Of a DNA stretch of 64,000 nt, positions 1 through 9,643 are shown piece by piece; position 1 is the stretch's first letter, and each line of letters starts with the position of its first letter. This DNA is from SAR324 cluster bacterium. GTDB taxonomy: Bacteria > SAR324 > NAC60-12. Made by a program: the position numbers and the translations under genes. Below the pieces are notes generated by a model, which saw only the letters and a program-made list of their open reading frames with translations, ran no database searches and was not told the DNA's origin. The stretch covers positions 4,740 through 68,739 of the forward strand of contig JAKUUI010000006.1 of NCBI GenBank assembly GCA_022448485.1. The letters are read 5' to 3'.

Positions 1-192
1 AACTTTTTGGTCCTCTTTCAGCCTCTCTGGGAAACAGGAAAGGATGCGTCCGGCCAGAGAAATATCTCTGCTTTCGACAGAAATTCCTGTACCTTCAGTA
101 TATGCCTGTATAATGGGAAGTAAAGAATAACTGGCCAGCATAGGAGCTTCATCGGTTTTGGTCCAGATAATTTTTGATGTGGTAGTCATCAT
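1..192 (-). CDS. icd: Monomeric NADP-dependent isocitrate dehydrogenase, N-terminal 64 codons; the gene runs off the left edge of the window
   Basis: Absent from the ORF track because it is truncated. My translation of the minus strand from ATG 192 (or 189) is [64 protein letters not shown]. This matches the conserved N-terminus of monomeric IDH (TDEAP.LA.YSLLPI ... RDISLAGR). Confidence 0.8.
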   Translation of the reverse strand, partial: MMTTTSKIIWTKTDEAPMLASYSLLPIIQAYTEGTGISVESRDISLAGRILSCFPERLKEDQKV

Positions 193-385
193 TGTTTTTG
201 AGAGTGTTTGGAAACAACAGATTAGTTTTCCTGAGTCAAGTAGTAGAAAACCGCCGATGTTCAGATTTCAGCCTCCTGACGCAATCTATTTCCAAAAACT
301 GCGGCCAACAACATAACACTTTTTATTCTACTTATTTGGCTAATTATTTCAAGTCAAAACCTTTTAATAACGTTGATGATGTGAT

Positions 386-2692
386 TTAACTAATTAGATG
401 CTGTTCGGCTTCTGAGAGTTTTGCATCTAATCCAAAAATCTCGACTGTATCTCCGCTGTGCAGAACAGTATCGCCTCGCGGAAGGATTATTTGGCGGTTG
501 CGAATAATTTTTACCAATACACAATCTTTGGGTAGACTCAGGTCACGGATTTGCTTACCATCAATGGAGGATCCGGTAGGAATTTCTATTTCACGGTTGC
601 AGACAAGTGAATCTTCCGGAATATCAGAATCTGTCGTTCCATTCAGATAATTTTCCAGTATGTCTGCTTTAGGCTTTTCGGCGAAGATTGTCACTTGATC
701 ACCGGCATGCAAAATAGTTTCTCCACGCACTATGCGCAACTTGCCCTTACGTCGTACGGAAACCATCAGAGAATCTTCTCCAAGACGTAATTCCTTTACG
801 CGTTTTCCAACAATGGGCGAATCCGGACGAAGAGTAACTTCTGTCAGGCCGGTTTGATTGAGTTTTCGAATATTCAGGATTTCGTTGTGATGTTGATCCT
901 GTGCCCTTTCGGTAACCGCTTTGTTGTATGCACGTATGATGTCGATTCGCCTCAGAACTCCCAGCAGCATTTTTTTACCTGACTCAGAAATAACAGGAAC
1001 GCAGCCTTCTCCCTGATCTGCCAGATGCCGTAAGGCCATCCAGACTGGCTGATGAGGAAGAATTGTTGCTGGTTTTTTGTTTGTCAAAACATCAGAGATG
1101 GTTTTTGATTCAAGGGAACCCCGGATTCGTAGCTTGTCCAATTCTTTGATTGTAATAACTCCAATCAGTTCTGCTTCATTTTTCACTACCGGCAAGGCGT
1201 GATAATGGGTGCTGGAAAATGTGCTCATTAGCTCAACTAAAGGCATGTCTGAAGGAACAGCGTCGGTTTCACTGTTCATCGCAATTTCTGCAGTTACTCC
1301 CTGCATCAGATCAATTTCCTGTGTATCCGGCGACAGTTCTACACCGCGTCGCTTCAATTTGAGTGTGTAAATTGAATCACGACAAAGATTTCTGGAAACG
1401 ATCGTACTAATGACAGTGGAAAGCATTAAAGGCAGAATTATTTGATAATCACCGGTCATTTCATAAAGAATGAGAATCGCGGTTATCGGTGCATGAGCGG
1501 CTCCGCTGAAAAATGCTGCCATCCCAACCAGAGCGTAAGCTCCGGATGGTGCCACTATTTCAGGAAAAAATGCGTAAGCGGTTTGACCAAAAGAGGATCC
1601 CAGCATGGCACCCATGAACAATGAGGGAGCAAAAATTCCTCCGGAGCCTCCGGAGCCGAGAGTCAGGGTTGTTGCAAGAAGTTTTAACAGCAGTAATCCA
1701 AAAGTAACCTGTAGCGCCAGCTCGCCAAAAAGCGTGTTTTCGATGGTTTCGTAGCCTACACTAAAGATACGAGGGAATCCGTCACTTTGATAAGAAAAAA
1801 TTCCCAGCAAGCCAAGTAAAATTCCTCCAAGGAGCGGTTTTGCCGGTTCCGGAATTCGGATCAAATTCCAGATGTCCTCAGAAAGGTAAAGCAGACGGCT
1901 GAATCCTACTGAAGCCAAAGCCGCAATAAAACCCAACAGTACATAAAGCAACAGTTCCCATGGACTGTTCAGGGAATATTCCGGAGTGAAAAAAGTGCGC
2001 TTATCCCCTTCAAAATAATGGGCTATCACATCAGCAGTTACTGCAGAGATGACGACGACACCAAAATAAACGCTGCCGAAACGACGCAAAAGGACTTCAA
2101 GTGCAAACACTGCTCCTGCAATTGGGGCATTAAAAGTAGCCGCAATTCCACCCGCAGCACCACAGGCAACAAGGGTTCGCACGCGCTCCTCAGACAGTTT
2201 TAGAAACTGACCAACGAATGAACCCAAAGCTGAACCGATTTGTGCGATTGGACCCTCACGTCCCACTGAGCCGCCGCTTGCAATACAAACTGAAGAAGCC
2301 AGAGATTTTACAACTATCACTCGTGGACGAATCTTTCCGCCCCTCAGTTCCAGTGCTTCCATCACTTCTGGAACGCCGTGCCCCTTTGCTTCACGGGCAA
2401 AGTAATAAACCAGTGGCCCTACAATTGCTCCGCCAACCGCAGGAATCAGGATCAAATGCAGTGGGTACCATTCTGCCAGCAACCCGGACATATCCCTGTA
2501 GCTAAAATCCTGGATCCAGTCGATCAGGCGGCGGAAGAAGACTGCTCCCAGTCCTGCACCAATACCAACAATCAATGAAGTGAAAATCATGACTGTGGAT
2601 TCTCTGTCCAGCAGGCGCCATCCTGAAAGATTAGTTTTTATGAATTCTAGACATTGGTGAAAGCATTTTTTTGATAAATTTGAAAAATTCAT
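386..2692 (-). CDS. ClC-family chloride channel/antiporter with a C-terminal CBS pair and two TrkA-C (RCK_C) domains
   Basis: 768 aa ORF. ClC selectivity motifs GSVGREGP and GGIFAPSLFMG are present in a multi-TM core. A CBS-like region follows, then two repeats of the TrkA-C pattern (GKRVKELRLGEDSLMVSVRR...GDQVTIFA and GKQIRDLSLPKDCVLVKIIR...GDTVEIFG). Confidence 0.9.
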   Translation of the reverse strand: MNFSNLSKKCFHQCLEFIKTNLSGWRLLDRESTVMIFTSLIVGIGAGLGAVFFRRLIDWIQDFSYRDMSGLLAEWYPLHLILIPAVGGAIVGPLVYYFAREAKGHGVPEVMEALELRGGKIRPRVIVVKSLASSVCIASGGSVGREGPIAQIGSALGSFVGQFLKLSEERVRTLVACGAAGGIAATFNAPIAGAVFALEVLLRRFGSVYFGVVVISAVTADVIAHYFEGDKRTFFTPEYSLNSPWELLLYVLLGFIAALASVGFSRLLYLSEDIWNLIRIPEPAKPLLGGILLGLLGIFSYQSDGFPRIFSVGYETIENTLFGELALQVTFGLLLLKLLATTLTLGSGGSGGIFAPSLFMGAMLGSSFGQTAYAFFPEIVAPSGAYALVGMAAFFSGAAHAPITAILILYEMTGDYQIILPLMLSTVISTIVSRNLCRDSIYTLKLKRRGVELSPDTQEIDLMQGVTAEIAMNSETDAVPSDMPLVELMSTFSSTHYHALPVVKNEAELIGVITIKELDKLRIRGSLESKTISDVLTNKKPATILPHQPVWMALRHLADQGEGCVPVISESGKKMLLGVLRRIDIIRAYNKAVTERAQDQHHNEILNIRKLNQTGLTEVTLRPDSPIVGKRVKELRLGEDSLMVSVRRKGKLRIVRGETILHAGDQVTIFAEKPKADILENYLNGTTDSDIPEDSLVCNREIEIPTGSSIDGKQIRDLSLPKDCVLVKIIRNRQIILPRGDTVLHSGDTVEIFGLDAKLSEAEQHLIS

Positions 2693-2749
2693 GCTGTTCT
2701 ATGTAAATACCTCTCAATAATTGGGTCCTTTGATTTTGACTAAATTTAA

Positions 2750-4096
2750 CTAATTTTGTGGAGAATACATGTCACCCGGTTGCCCGGTGGAAAATAAGAC
2801 CTGCCGCCAGAATTCACCGTGCGGATTAATACGCTTTTCTTCCTGTATTACAGTTTCAAGTGGGACATGCGTAAAATGCCCGTTCCAGTAACCCACCATC
2901 ATGTCGGTTTTCCCAGCCATACCTGCATGTACGGCGTGATCTGCAAGGTAATAGCAAAAAATTGCATCGTGCGGATTTGCCGGTAGGGAACGAATCATAT
3001 AACTTGGCTCTATCAATTTGATGTTGACTGGAAGTCGATCTTTGAAATAGTCCTGTATTTTTTCTTTCAGAAAATAGCCGATGTCCCTGAAACGAACATT
3101 TCCTGAAGCATCAAGATCTTTTCCGGTATTTCCCATTAAATCCTGACCAGCACCTTCTGCAACAACAATCACCGAATGTGGGTGTCGGCCTAGATCTTTT
3201 TTTGCTTCAAATCCCCGTTCCAGTGAACGGAGCACTCCTTTTTCACCCTCCAAAGTGAACGGTACTTCCGGAATCAAAACAAAGTTCACATCCGGACAGG
3301 CCAGCGAAGTATTGGCAGCAATGAAACCTGAATTGCGTCCCATCAATTTGATGATTACAACTCCGTAGTTGTAACCGTAAGCTTCCGAGTGTGCGGCCTG
3401 CACAGATTCAACTGCTTTTGAAAAAGCTGTTTCAAAGCCAAAGGTTTTGACACAGTAGGGGATATCATTATCAATAGTCTTAGGGATGCCGATGATGGAA
3501 ATATTTTCTTTGCGACGCCCCACTTCTTCTGCAATAGCATGTGCACCGCAGAGAGTTCCGTCACCGCCAATGCAGTAAAGAATCCGTATGTTGTTGCGCT
3601 CCAGACAATCTACCATTTCCACAGGATCCTGCGGACCGCGTGAACTTGAAAGGATACTCCCGCCAAGGTTATGAATATTCTGCACATTTGCAGGTTTTAA
3701 ATCCACTATTTCGTGCTGATAGCTTGGAATGAAACCCTGGAAACCGTAACGGAATCCATGGATGCGATGAACTCCGTAATTGTGGTGAAGTTGCATCACA
3801 ATCGTACGTATCACGTTATTGATTCCCGGACATAAACCACCGCAAGTCACGATTCCCGCCCGAACTTTTGATGCATCAAAATAACTGTGTGAACGCGGTC
3901 CAGCCTGTTCAAAAGAAAAGTGTTTCTGCCCTTTACCACTTGAACGTATGGCTACATCGTGAAGTATGCGTGAGTCGTCATTAACAAATTGGAATTCCTC
4001 TTGTATTGAGTCACAACTCAGCGGTAATGGAGAGGGGATGCGGGCTGCACCGAGTAGCTTGACTGGAAATTCTTTTTTCATATTTACTTGTTCCAA
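2750..4096 (-). CDS. pfk: 6-phosphofructokinase, long type, with a GGDG / PKTIDND signature (probably ATP-dependent)
   Basis: 448 aa with the PFK motifs GGLCPGINNVIR, CIGGDGTLCGA and GIPKTIDNDI. The start could instead be the internal Met 5 codons downstream (MKKEF). Confidence 0.85.
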   Translation of the reverse strand: MEQVNMKKEFPVKLLGAARIPSPLPLSCDSIQEEFQFVNDDSRILHDVAIRSSGKGQKHFSFEQAGPRSHSYFDASKVRAGIVTCGGLCPGINNVIRTIVMQLHHNYGVHRIHGFRYGFQGFIPSYQHEIVDLKPANVQNIHNLGGSILSSSRGPQDPVEMVDCLERNNIRILYCIGGDGTLCGAHAIAEEVGRRKENISIIGIPKTIDNDIPYCVKTFGFETAFSKAVESVQAAHSEAYGYNYGVVIIKLMGRNSGFIAANTSLACPDVNFVLIPEVPFTLEGEKGVLRSLERGFEAKKDLGRHPHSVIVVAEGAGQDLMGNTGKDLDASGNVRFRDIGYFLKEKIQDYFKDRLPVNIKLIEPSYMIRSLPANPHDAIFCYYLADHAVHAGMAGKTDMMVGYWNGHFTHVPLETVIQEEKRINPHGEFWRQVLFSTGQPGDMYSPQN

Positions 4097-4205
4097 TGGA
4101 AGAATAATGAGAGCATATACCTAGATTTGGTTGCCAGACAAAATTGGTGTGATTTTGAAAAAGTATCATAATACGGCACATTTGAAAAGATAGCAAAGGA
4201 GAATC

Positions 4206-5435
4206 ATGAGCAACGTTTTGACTATGATCATGGCTGGAGGTGAAGGTTCTCGTCTGAAACCTTTGACATCAGTGCGTACCAAGCCTGCTGTTCCTTTTGG
4301 CGGCAATTACAGAATTATAGATTTTGTCCTTAGTAATTTTGTCAACTCAGGATTTCTGAAGATATTTGTCCTCACTCAGTTTAAGTCACATTCCCTCATG
4401 CAGCATTTGCGTGAAGGCTGGCGTTTATCCTCCGGAATATTAAAACAATATATAGACCCGGTTCCGGCCCAAATGCGGATTGGCAAAAAGTGGTATGAAG
4501 GGACTGCTGATGCAATTTTTCAAAACATGAACTTGATTGATGATGAAGATCCGGATCAGGTTTGTGTTTTTGGTGGAGATCATATTTACCGTATGGATAT
4601 CCGTCAGATGCTGAAATTTCACCGCAAACGCCGGGCCGTTCTCACAGTTGCAGCTATTCCTGTACCAGTTAAGGATGCACTAAAATTTGGAATTATTGAA
4701 GTTGATGATGAATGGCGGATGACGGGTTTTGAGGAAAAACCCCAAAGTGCACCAAAAACAATTCCAGGAAATCCTGATTTTGTGCTGGCCTCAATGGGGA
4801 ACTATATTTTTGAGCGTGGACCTCTGGTGAAAGAGTTGAAGAGGGATGCTAGAAACAATAAATCCAGTCATGATTTTGGCAAAGACATTTTGCCCAGAAT
4901 GTTTCCTGAAGGGAAAGTTTTTGTTTATAATTTCATTCAAAATGACATTCCTGGTGCAGAGGAAAAGGAAAAAGGTTATTGGAAGGATGTGGGCACATTG
5001 GATACTTTTTGGGAAGCTAATATGGATTTAGTAGGTGTAGATCCTCATTTTAATCTCTACAATAATAAATGGCCCGTCTGGACTTACATTCCACCGCTGC
5101 CTCCGGTTAAATTTGTCCATTTCAGCGAGCTGCGTACAGGTCATGCCATTAATTCGATGATTGGTGCAGGGGCCATTATCAGTGGGTCTTTGGTAGAAAA
5201 TTCGGTACTTGGTTATAGTGTCCGTGTTCACAGTTTTGCCCATGTTGAACATTCGGTCATCATGAATAATGTTGAAATTGGGCGCGGAGCAAAAATCAAG
5301 AAGGCCATTATTGACAAGCATGTACGCATTGCTCCAGGAGCTTCTGTTGGTTTTGACATGCAAGCAGACAGCAAAAAATTTCAAATCACAGAAAGTGGAA
5401 TTGTTGTAATTCCTAAAGGAGCAAAAGTTGACTGA
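4206..5435 (+). CDS. glgC: Glucose-1-phosphate adenylyltransferase
   Basis: 409 aa. The N-terminus MIMAGGEGSRLKPLTSVRTKPAVPFGGNYRIIDFVLSN is typical of GlgC, and a left-handed beta-helix C-terminus follows. GGAG lies upstream of the ATG. Confidence 0.93.
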   Translation: MSNVLTMIMAGGEGSRLKPLTSVRTKPAVPFGGNYRIIDFVLSNFVNSGFLKIFVLTQFKSHSLMQHLREGWRLSSGILKQYIDPVPAQMRIGKKWYEGTADAIFQNMNLIDDEDPDQVCVFGGDHIYRMDIRQMLKFHRKRRAVLTVAAIPVPVKDALKFGIIEVDDEWRMTGFEEKPQSAPKTIPGNPDFVLASMGNYIFERGPLVKELKRDARNNKSSHDFGKDILPRMFPEGKVFVYNFIQNDIPGAEEKEKGYWKDVGTLDTFWEANMDLVGVDPHFNLYNNKWPVWTYIPPLPPVKFVHFSELRTGHAINSMIGAGAIISGSLVENSVLGYSVRVHSFAHVEHSVIMNNVEIGRGAKIKKAIIDKHVRIAPGASVGFDMQADSKKFQITESGIVVIPKGAKVD

Positions 5436-6906
5436 ACAGCTCCGTATCATTTTTGCGGCATCTGAAGTGGAGGGTTTTTCCAAAAGCGGTGGGCTGGCAG
5501 ATGCTGCACGTGCTTTGCCTTTGCATTTAAAATGGCTGGGACATGATGTCCGGATTGTAACACCGTTTTATCGCTCTATACCGGAGAATCATAAAACTAA
5601 AACGGTCATTCCTTCACTTGGTATACCACTTGGCAGTGAAGAAAGCTGGTGCGCAATACGCTACCAAGAGATGGAAGGTACCGTGGAGGGGAAAACCATC
5701 CGTGTTCCAGTTTATTTTGTTGAACACGAACATTACTTTTTCAGACGTGGATATTATGATGACGGTCTGCATGAATATCCGGACAATGCCACGCGTTTTG
5801 GTTTTTTCTCCAAGGTAGTTTTGCAGCTTAGTCGAACGCTGGAATGGACTCCAGATGTATTTCATAGCAACGACTGGCATACTGCACTTGTTCCGTTTTA
5901 TCTAAGAGAGGCACAGCAGGAAACAGCCGACTTCAAAAAATGCGGCTCTGTTTTAACCATTCACAATGCAGGATATCAGGGTAATGCTCCCGGAACTTTC
6001 CGTAACTCACTGGGAATTTCTCCAGAAAACTTTGTAGAGGAATTGTTTGAAGATCACGGACAATTGAATTTGCTTAAAGGAGGAATTCACTTTGCAGATC
6101 AGGTAAACACTGTCAGTCCTGGATATGCTGAAGAACTGAAAACTCCACTCGGCAGTCATGGTTTGCATGAGGTTTATCGACGTAAAGGGCAGGATTTTTC
6201 AGGAATTCTCAACGGCTGCGATTATGATAACTGGAACCCGGAATCCGACTCTCATTTGCCGGCACGTTTCAGTGCGGCTGATTTGACAGGTAAAAAGCAG
6301 TGCAAAAAGGAATTGCAGAAGATTTTTGATCTGCCGGAGTTGCCGGAAGTTCCAGTAATTGGCATGGTCAGCCGCTTAACCAGGCAAAAAGGTTTTGTAT
6401 ATCTGCTTCCTGCTTTACCGCAAATTTTACGTTTGAAAGTGCAGCTGGTTGTTTTAGGAAGTGGGGAACTTTGGATTGCAAATTCATTTGATCAGCTCAA
6501 ACAGGAGTTTTCAAATAAACTCGGCTGGCAAAACGGTTACGATAATAATCTGGCACACTTGATAGAAGCAGGCAGTGACTTATTTTTAATGCCGTCTCTT
6601 TATGAGCCATGTGGATTGAGTCAGATGTACAGTTTGTGCTATGGTACACTTCCAATAGTGAGAAGTGTTGGTGGTTTGAAAGACACTGTCATTCAGAATG
6701 GTGAAAATCAGGAAGAGGGGAATGGATTCATTTTTGATGAGCCGGATTCTGATGCTGTCTCAGATGCAGTAGGTCTGGCCGTGAGTATTTTCTACAATCA
6801 TCCGCAGAATTTCCGGAAAATGATAGACAGAGCAATGAAACAGCGATTTACATGGAAAACTGCTACGGAGAAATATGTGACACTTTATCGAAAAACATTA
6901 AAATAG
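5428..6906 (+). CDS. glgA: Glycogen synthase (ADP-glucose type)
   Basis: 492 aa with the KSGGLADA motif near the N-terminus and a GT5 C-terminal half. The TTG start overlaps the glgC stop by 8 nt, which suggests coupling. Confidence 0.9.
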   Translation: MTEQLRIIFAASEVEGFSKSGGLADAARALPLHLKWLGHDVRIVTPFYRSIPENHKTKTVIPSLGIPLGSEESWCAIRYQEMEGTVEGKTIRVPVYFVEHEHYFFRRGYYDDGLHEYPDNATRFGFFSKVVLQLSRTLEWTPDVFHSNDWHTALVPFYLREAQQETADFKKCGSVLTIHNAGYQGNAPGTFRNSLGISPENFVEELFEDHGQLNLLKGGIHFADQVNTVSPGYAEELKTPLGSHGLHEVYRRKGQDFSGILNGCDYDNWNPESDSHLPARFSAADLTGKKQCKKELQKIFDLPELPEVPVIGMVSRLTRQKGFVYLLPALPQILRLKVQLVVLGSGELWIANSFDQLKQEFSNKLGWQNGYDNNLAHLIEAGSDLFLMPSLYEPCGLSQMYSLCYGTLPIVRSVGGLKDTVIQNGENQEEGNGFIFDEPDSDAVSDAVGLAVSIFYNHPQNFRKMIDRAMKQRFTWKTATEKYVTLYRKTLK

Positions 6907-6915
6907 AGAGGAAAA

Positions 6916-8112
6916 ATGCCAAAAAAAAGTAAAGGCACTATTGCAATTCTAACTGGAGGCGGGGATGTTCCCGGGCTGAATCCAGCAATACGTGCAGCTA
7001 CCATCCGTGCCAATCGAAATGGTTACAGAGTTGTTGGTCTGCGGAACGGCTGGGAAGGAATTATGAAGATAGACCGCACAAAACCTGTGGAAGATCAACA
7101 GTATTGCCAGATTTTGACTGAGGGGAATGTACAAAAAATAGCGCGAACCGGTGGTACATTTCTGCACACATCACGTACAAAACCTAGTAAAGTTGCCAAG
7201 GAGAAAGTCCCAGAAATTTTGCATGATAAATATAATGCTGATGAGAATGATTTGACAGATGAAATCATCAAAAACCTGGAGTTTCTTGGAATAGAATATC
7301 TTGTTCCGATTGGCGGCGACGATACCCTCAGTTATGGGCTGCGGCTGCACAAAGCAGGTGTGCGCTGTGTGGGGATTCCTAAGACGATGGACAACGATGT
7401 TCCGGGTACGGATTATTGCATCGGATTCAGCACTTGCGTAACACGCACTATCGAATACGCACACCAACTGCGTACGTGTGCTGGTTCACACGAACGTTTT
7501 CTGGTGATTGAAGTGATGGGACGTTATGCGGGATTCACCGCATTGGTGCCAGCCATGGCCGGAGCCTCTGACCGGTGTGTGATCCCGGAACATGAATTTG
7601 ACATTGAACGCCTGACAGAATTAATGGTTAAAGACCGTCGGGATAATGAAAGCAATTATTCGGTTGTTCTGGTTTCAGAAGGAGCCATGTTTGGAGGCAG
7701 CGAGATGACCTTTTCAAATCAAGAGACGGATGATTATGGTCATAAAAAACTTGGAGGAATTGGAGATATGGTAAGTGCTGAACTCATGGAGCGGGCACCA
7801 AAATACAACAAAGGAGAACCAATTCACACGATTAACCAAAGAATGAGCTACATGACTCGCTCAGGTCAGCCGGATGCAATTGACTCTATTGTCCCCATGG
7901 CATATGGCAACCTGGCGATGGATTTGATTATGGAGGGCAAAAGCGGCAGGATGGTTTGCTTAAAAAATGGTCGATACGATCATGTCCCTTTTGAGGTGGT
8001 GACTGAATATGAGAAAAAAATTGATGTTGATCGTTTTTATGACACAGAGCGTTATAGTCCGCACTATCATAACTGCATGGGCATGCCGCAGTTTATCATG
8101 ACTTCAGATTGA
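6916..8112 (+). CDS. pfp: Phosphofructokinase with a GGDD / PKTMDND signature (probably pyrophosphate-dependent)
   Basis: 398 aa with motifs GGGDVPGLNPAIR, PIGGDDTLSYG and GIPKTMDNDV. It starts 9 nt after the glgA stop. Confidence 0.85.
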   Translation: MPKKSKGTIAILTGGGDVPGLNPAIRAATIRANRNGYRVVGLRNGWEGIMKIDRTKPVEDQQYCQILTEGNVQKIARTGGTFLHTSRTKPSKVAKEKVPEILHDKYNADENDLTDEIIKNLEFLGIEYLVPIGGDDTLSYGLRLHKAGVRCVGIPKTMDNDVPGTDYCIGFSTCVTRTIEYAHQLRTCAGSHERFLVIEVMGRYAGFTALVPAMAGASDRCVIPEHEFDIERLTELMVKDRRDNESNYSVVLVSEGAMFGGSEMTFSNQETDDYGHKKLGGIGDMVSAELMERAPKYNKGEPIHTINQRMSYMTRSGQPDAIDSIVPMAYGNLAMDLIMEGKSGRMVCLKNGRYDHVPFEVVTEYEKKIDVDRFYDTERYSPHYHNCMGMPQFIMTSD

Positions 8113-8131
8113 TAAATTGCATGAAAAAATA

Positions 8132-9385
8132 ATGAGAACAATTTTTCGCGGCAGCCTATTTGTATTGTTGTGCTATTTTGCTTGGTCTTCATCAGCTCAG
8201 GCTCTTCTTTTTGAGAGGCGTAAAACTTTTGATTCAGAGATTGCCTGGTTTATTTATCCTGTAGTTGGAAGTATCCCCGGAGTGCAGGATTTTTATGGAC
8301 TGGGCGGAACGGTTTCAGGAATTGGTGGAAGTGAATCTGATATCACAGCCATCAGTCTCAGAGGGAAGGCGGAATATTTTGACGATGATTTTCAGATTGA
8401 TATCCTCTCTATTTTCGATATCCCTCTTTTTACTGAACGTCTTACCTTTACCTGGTTTTCAACAAAAATTCGCAACGTTGCCTGGCCAGAAGGTCAGCGT
8501 GGAATAGATTCTGATCCAGACAGTATGTATTACCTACTGGCCAGCAAAGTAGAAGCTTCCGGTGGAGAACTATCTGCAAATATTTTTGATAATCAGCTGG
8601 AGGCATATTACGGCTACACTGATGCTGCAGTGAAACCGTACGGCTTAGTCGATCCGAATGGTACATTTTATAATGCACAGAATGCAGGAATTATAGAAAG
8701 CCCAAGGGGCTATCGATATGGGCTTTATCTGGATGATACTGACAATCGTCGTGATCCGAGAATCGGCTATCGTTTTCAGTATGAAAAATGGGGACAGCCC
8801 TCTTCAAGAGAAGGTAACTCTGAATATTACCAGGAAGACTTCAATCTCTCTGGATACATTCCTGTTTTGTCTGAAAACAAAGGCGTTTTAGTCTTGAACC
8901 AGTTTTTTGGCTCTTCAACTGTGCTCAAAAAAGGCACGGTTGATCAAAGTCAGTTTGTGTGTGATAACACGGCGAAACCCGGATGTCAGGCAATCCTCAA
9001 CGAACTTTATGCCCGCCGGGTGGCCGAGGCAGAAAACGGCAAAGCAACGTCACTGGGTGGTACTAACCGTTTACGGGGCTATCGGACAAACCGCTTTTAT
9101 GACAGTTACACTAATTTCCGGGGGGTTGAATTTCGCTGGTATGTACATGAGGTCCAGAAGGCCTTTAACTATATTTTGGAAAAAGGTACATTTGCAGGAC
9201 TTCAGTTAGCATTGTTCTATGAAGAGGGAACAGTCTCTCCGGACAAGGGCAGCTTGTGGAAAAACATGAGGACGTCTTATGGTGCAGGAACAAGATTTCT
9301 TTTTAATACGATTATCGTCCGCATCGATCGCGGTTTTGGTGAGGAAGGTGGACAGACTACATTTTTTGTCGGTTATCCTTTTTAA
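8132..9385 (+). CDS. Outer-membrane beta-barrel protein, Omp85/surface-antigen (D15)-like, with no POTRA region
   Basis: The signal peptide MRTIFRGSLFVLLCYFAWSSSAQA begins at ATG 8132 (the ORF track starts at TTG 8117). GGTNRLRGYRTNRFYD resembles the Bac_surface_Ag motif. The C-terminus ...TTFFVGYPF ends in Phe, as in barrel proteins. Confidence 0.7.
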   Translation: MRTIFRGSLFVLLCYFAWSSSAQALLFERRKTFDSEIAWFIYPVVGSIPGVQDFYGLGGTVSGIGGSESDITAISLRGKAEYFDDDFQIDILSIFDIPLFTERLTFTWFSTKIRNVAWPEGQRGIDSDPDSMYYLLASKVEASGGELSANIFDNQLEAYYGYTDAAVKPYGLVDPNGTFYNAQNAGIIESPRGYRYGLYLDDTDNRRDPRIGYRFQYEKWGQPSSREGNSEYYQEDFNLSGYIPVLSENKGVLVLNQFFGSSTVLKKGTVDQSQFVCDNTAKPGCQAILNELYARRVAEAENGKATSLGGTNRLRGYRTNRFYDSYTNFRGVEFRWYVHEVQKAFNYILEKGTFAGLQLALFYEEGTVSPDKGSLWKNMRTSYGAGTRFLFNTIIVRIDRGFGEEGGQTTFFVGYPF

Positions 9386-9643
9386 TAATGCTCATAGTAC
9401 TGTAAGCAAAAAGTATTTAGCTAATTTAATAATCAGACAGAAGCTCCGAACTTATTCTCGCAATTTCTTTTTTTGTTTCGACGCAAAAAGGAAGGCATGT
9501 AAATCTCGCCGAATTGAATTGGTAGTCCAGTGTGTTGACCAAAACCTACGTATCATCTAGTCTGGTATATACATTAATTCAAGAGGAGATTGGCATTAAA
9601 ACTGATACATATCACTTAGATCCATCTAATGAAGTTTTGAAGA

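Noticed and set aside
192-389. Small intergenic ORFs from the track: 192-389, 11371-11649, 11634-11879, 12465-12653, 36393-36638, 58376-58717, 58904-59086 and 59043-59264.
   Set aside because: They have no RBS at a sensible distance and odd composition. They overlap promoters or leaders of real genes and show no family resemblance.
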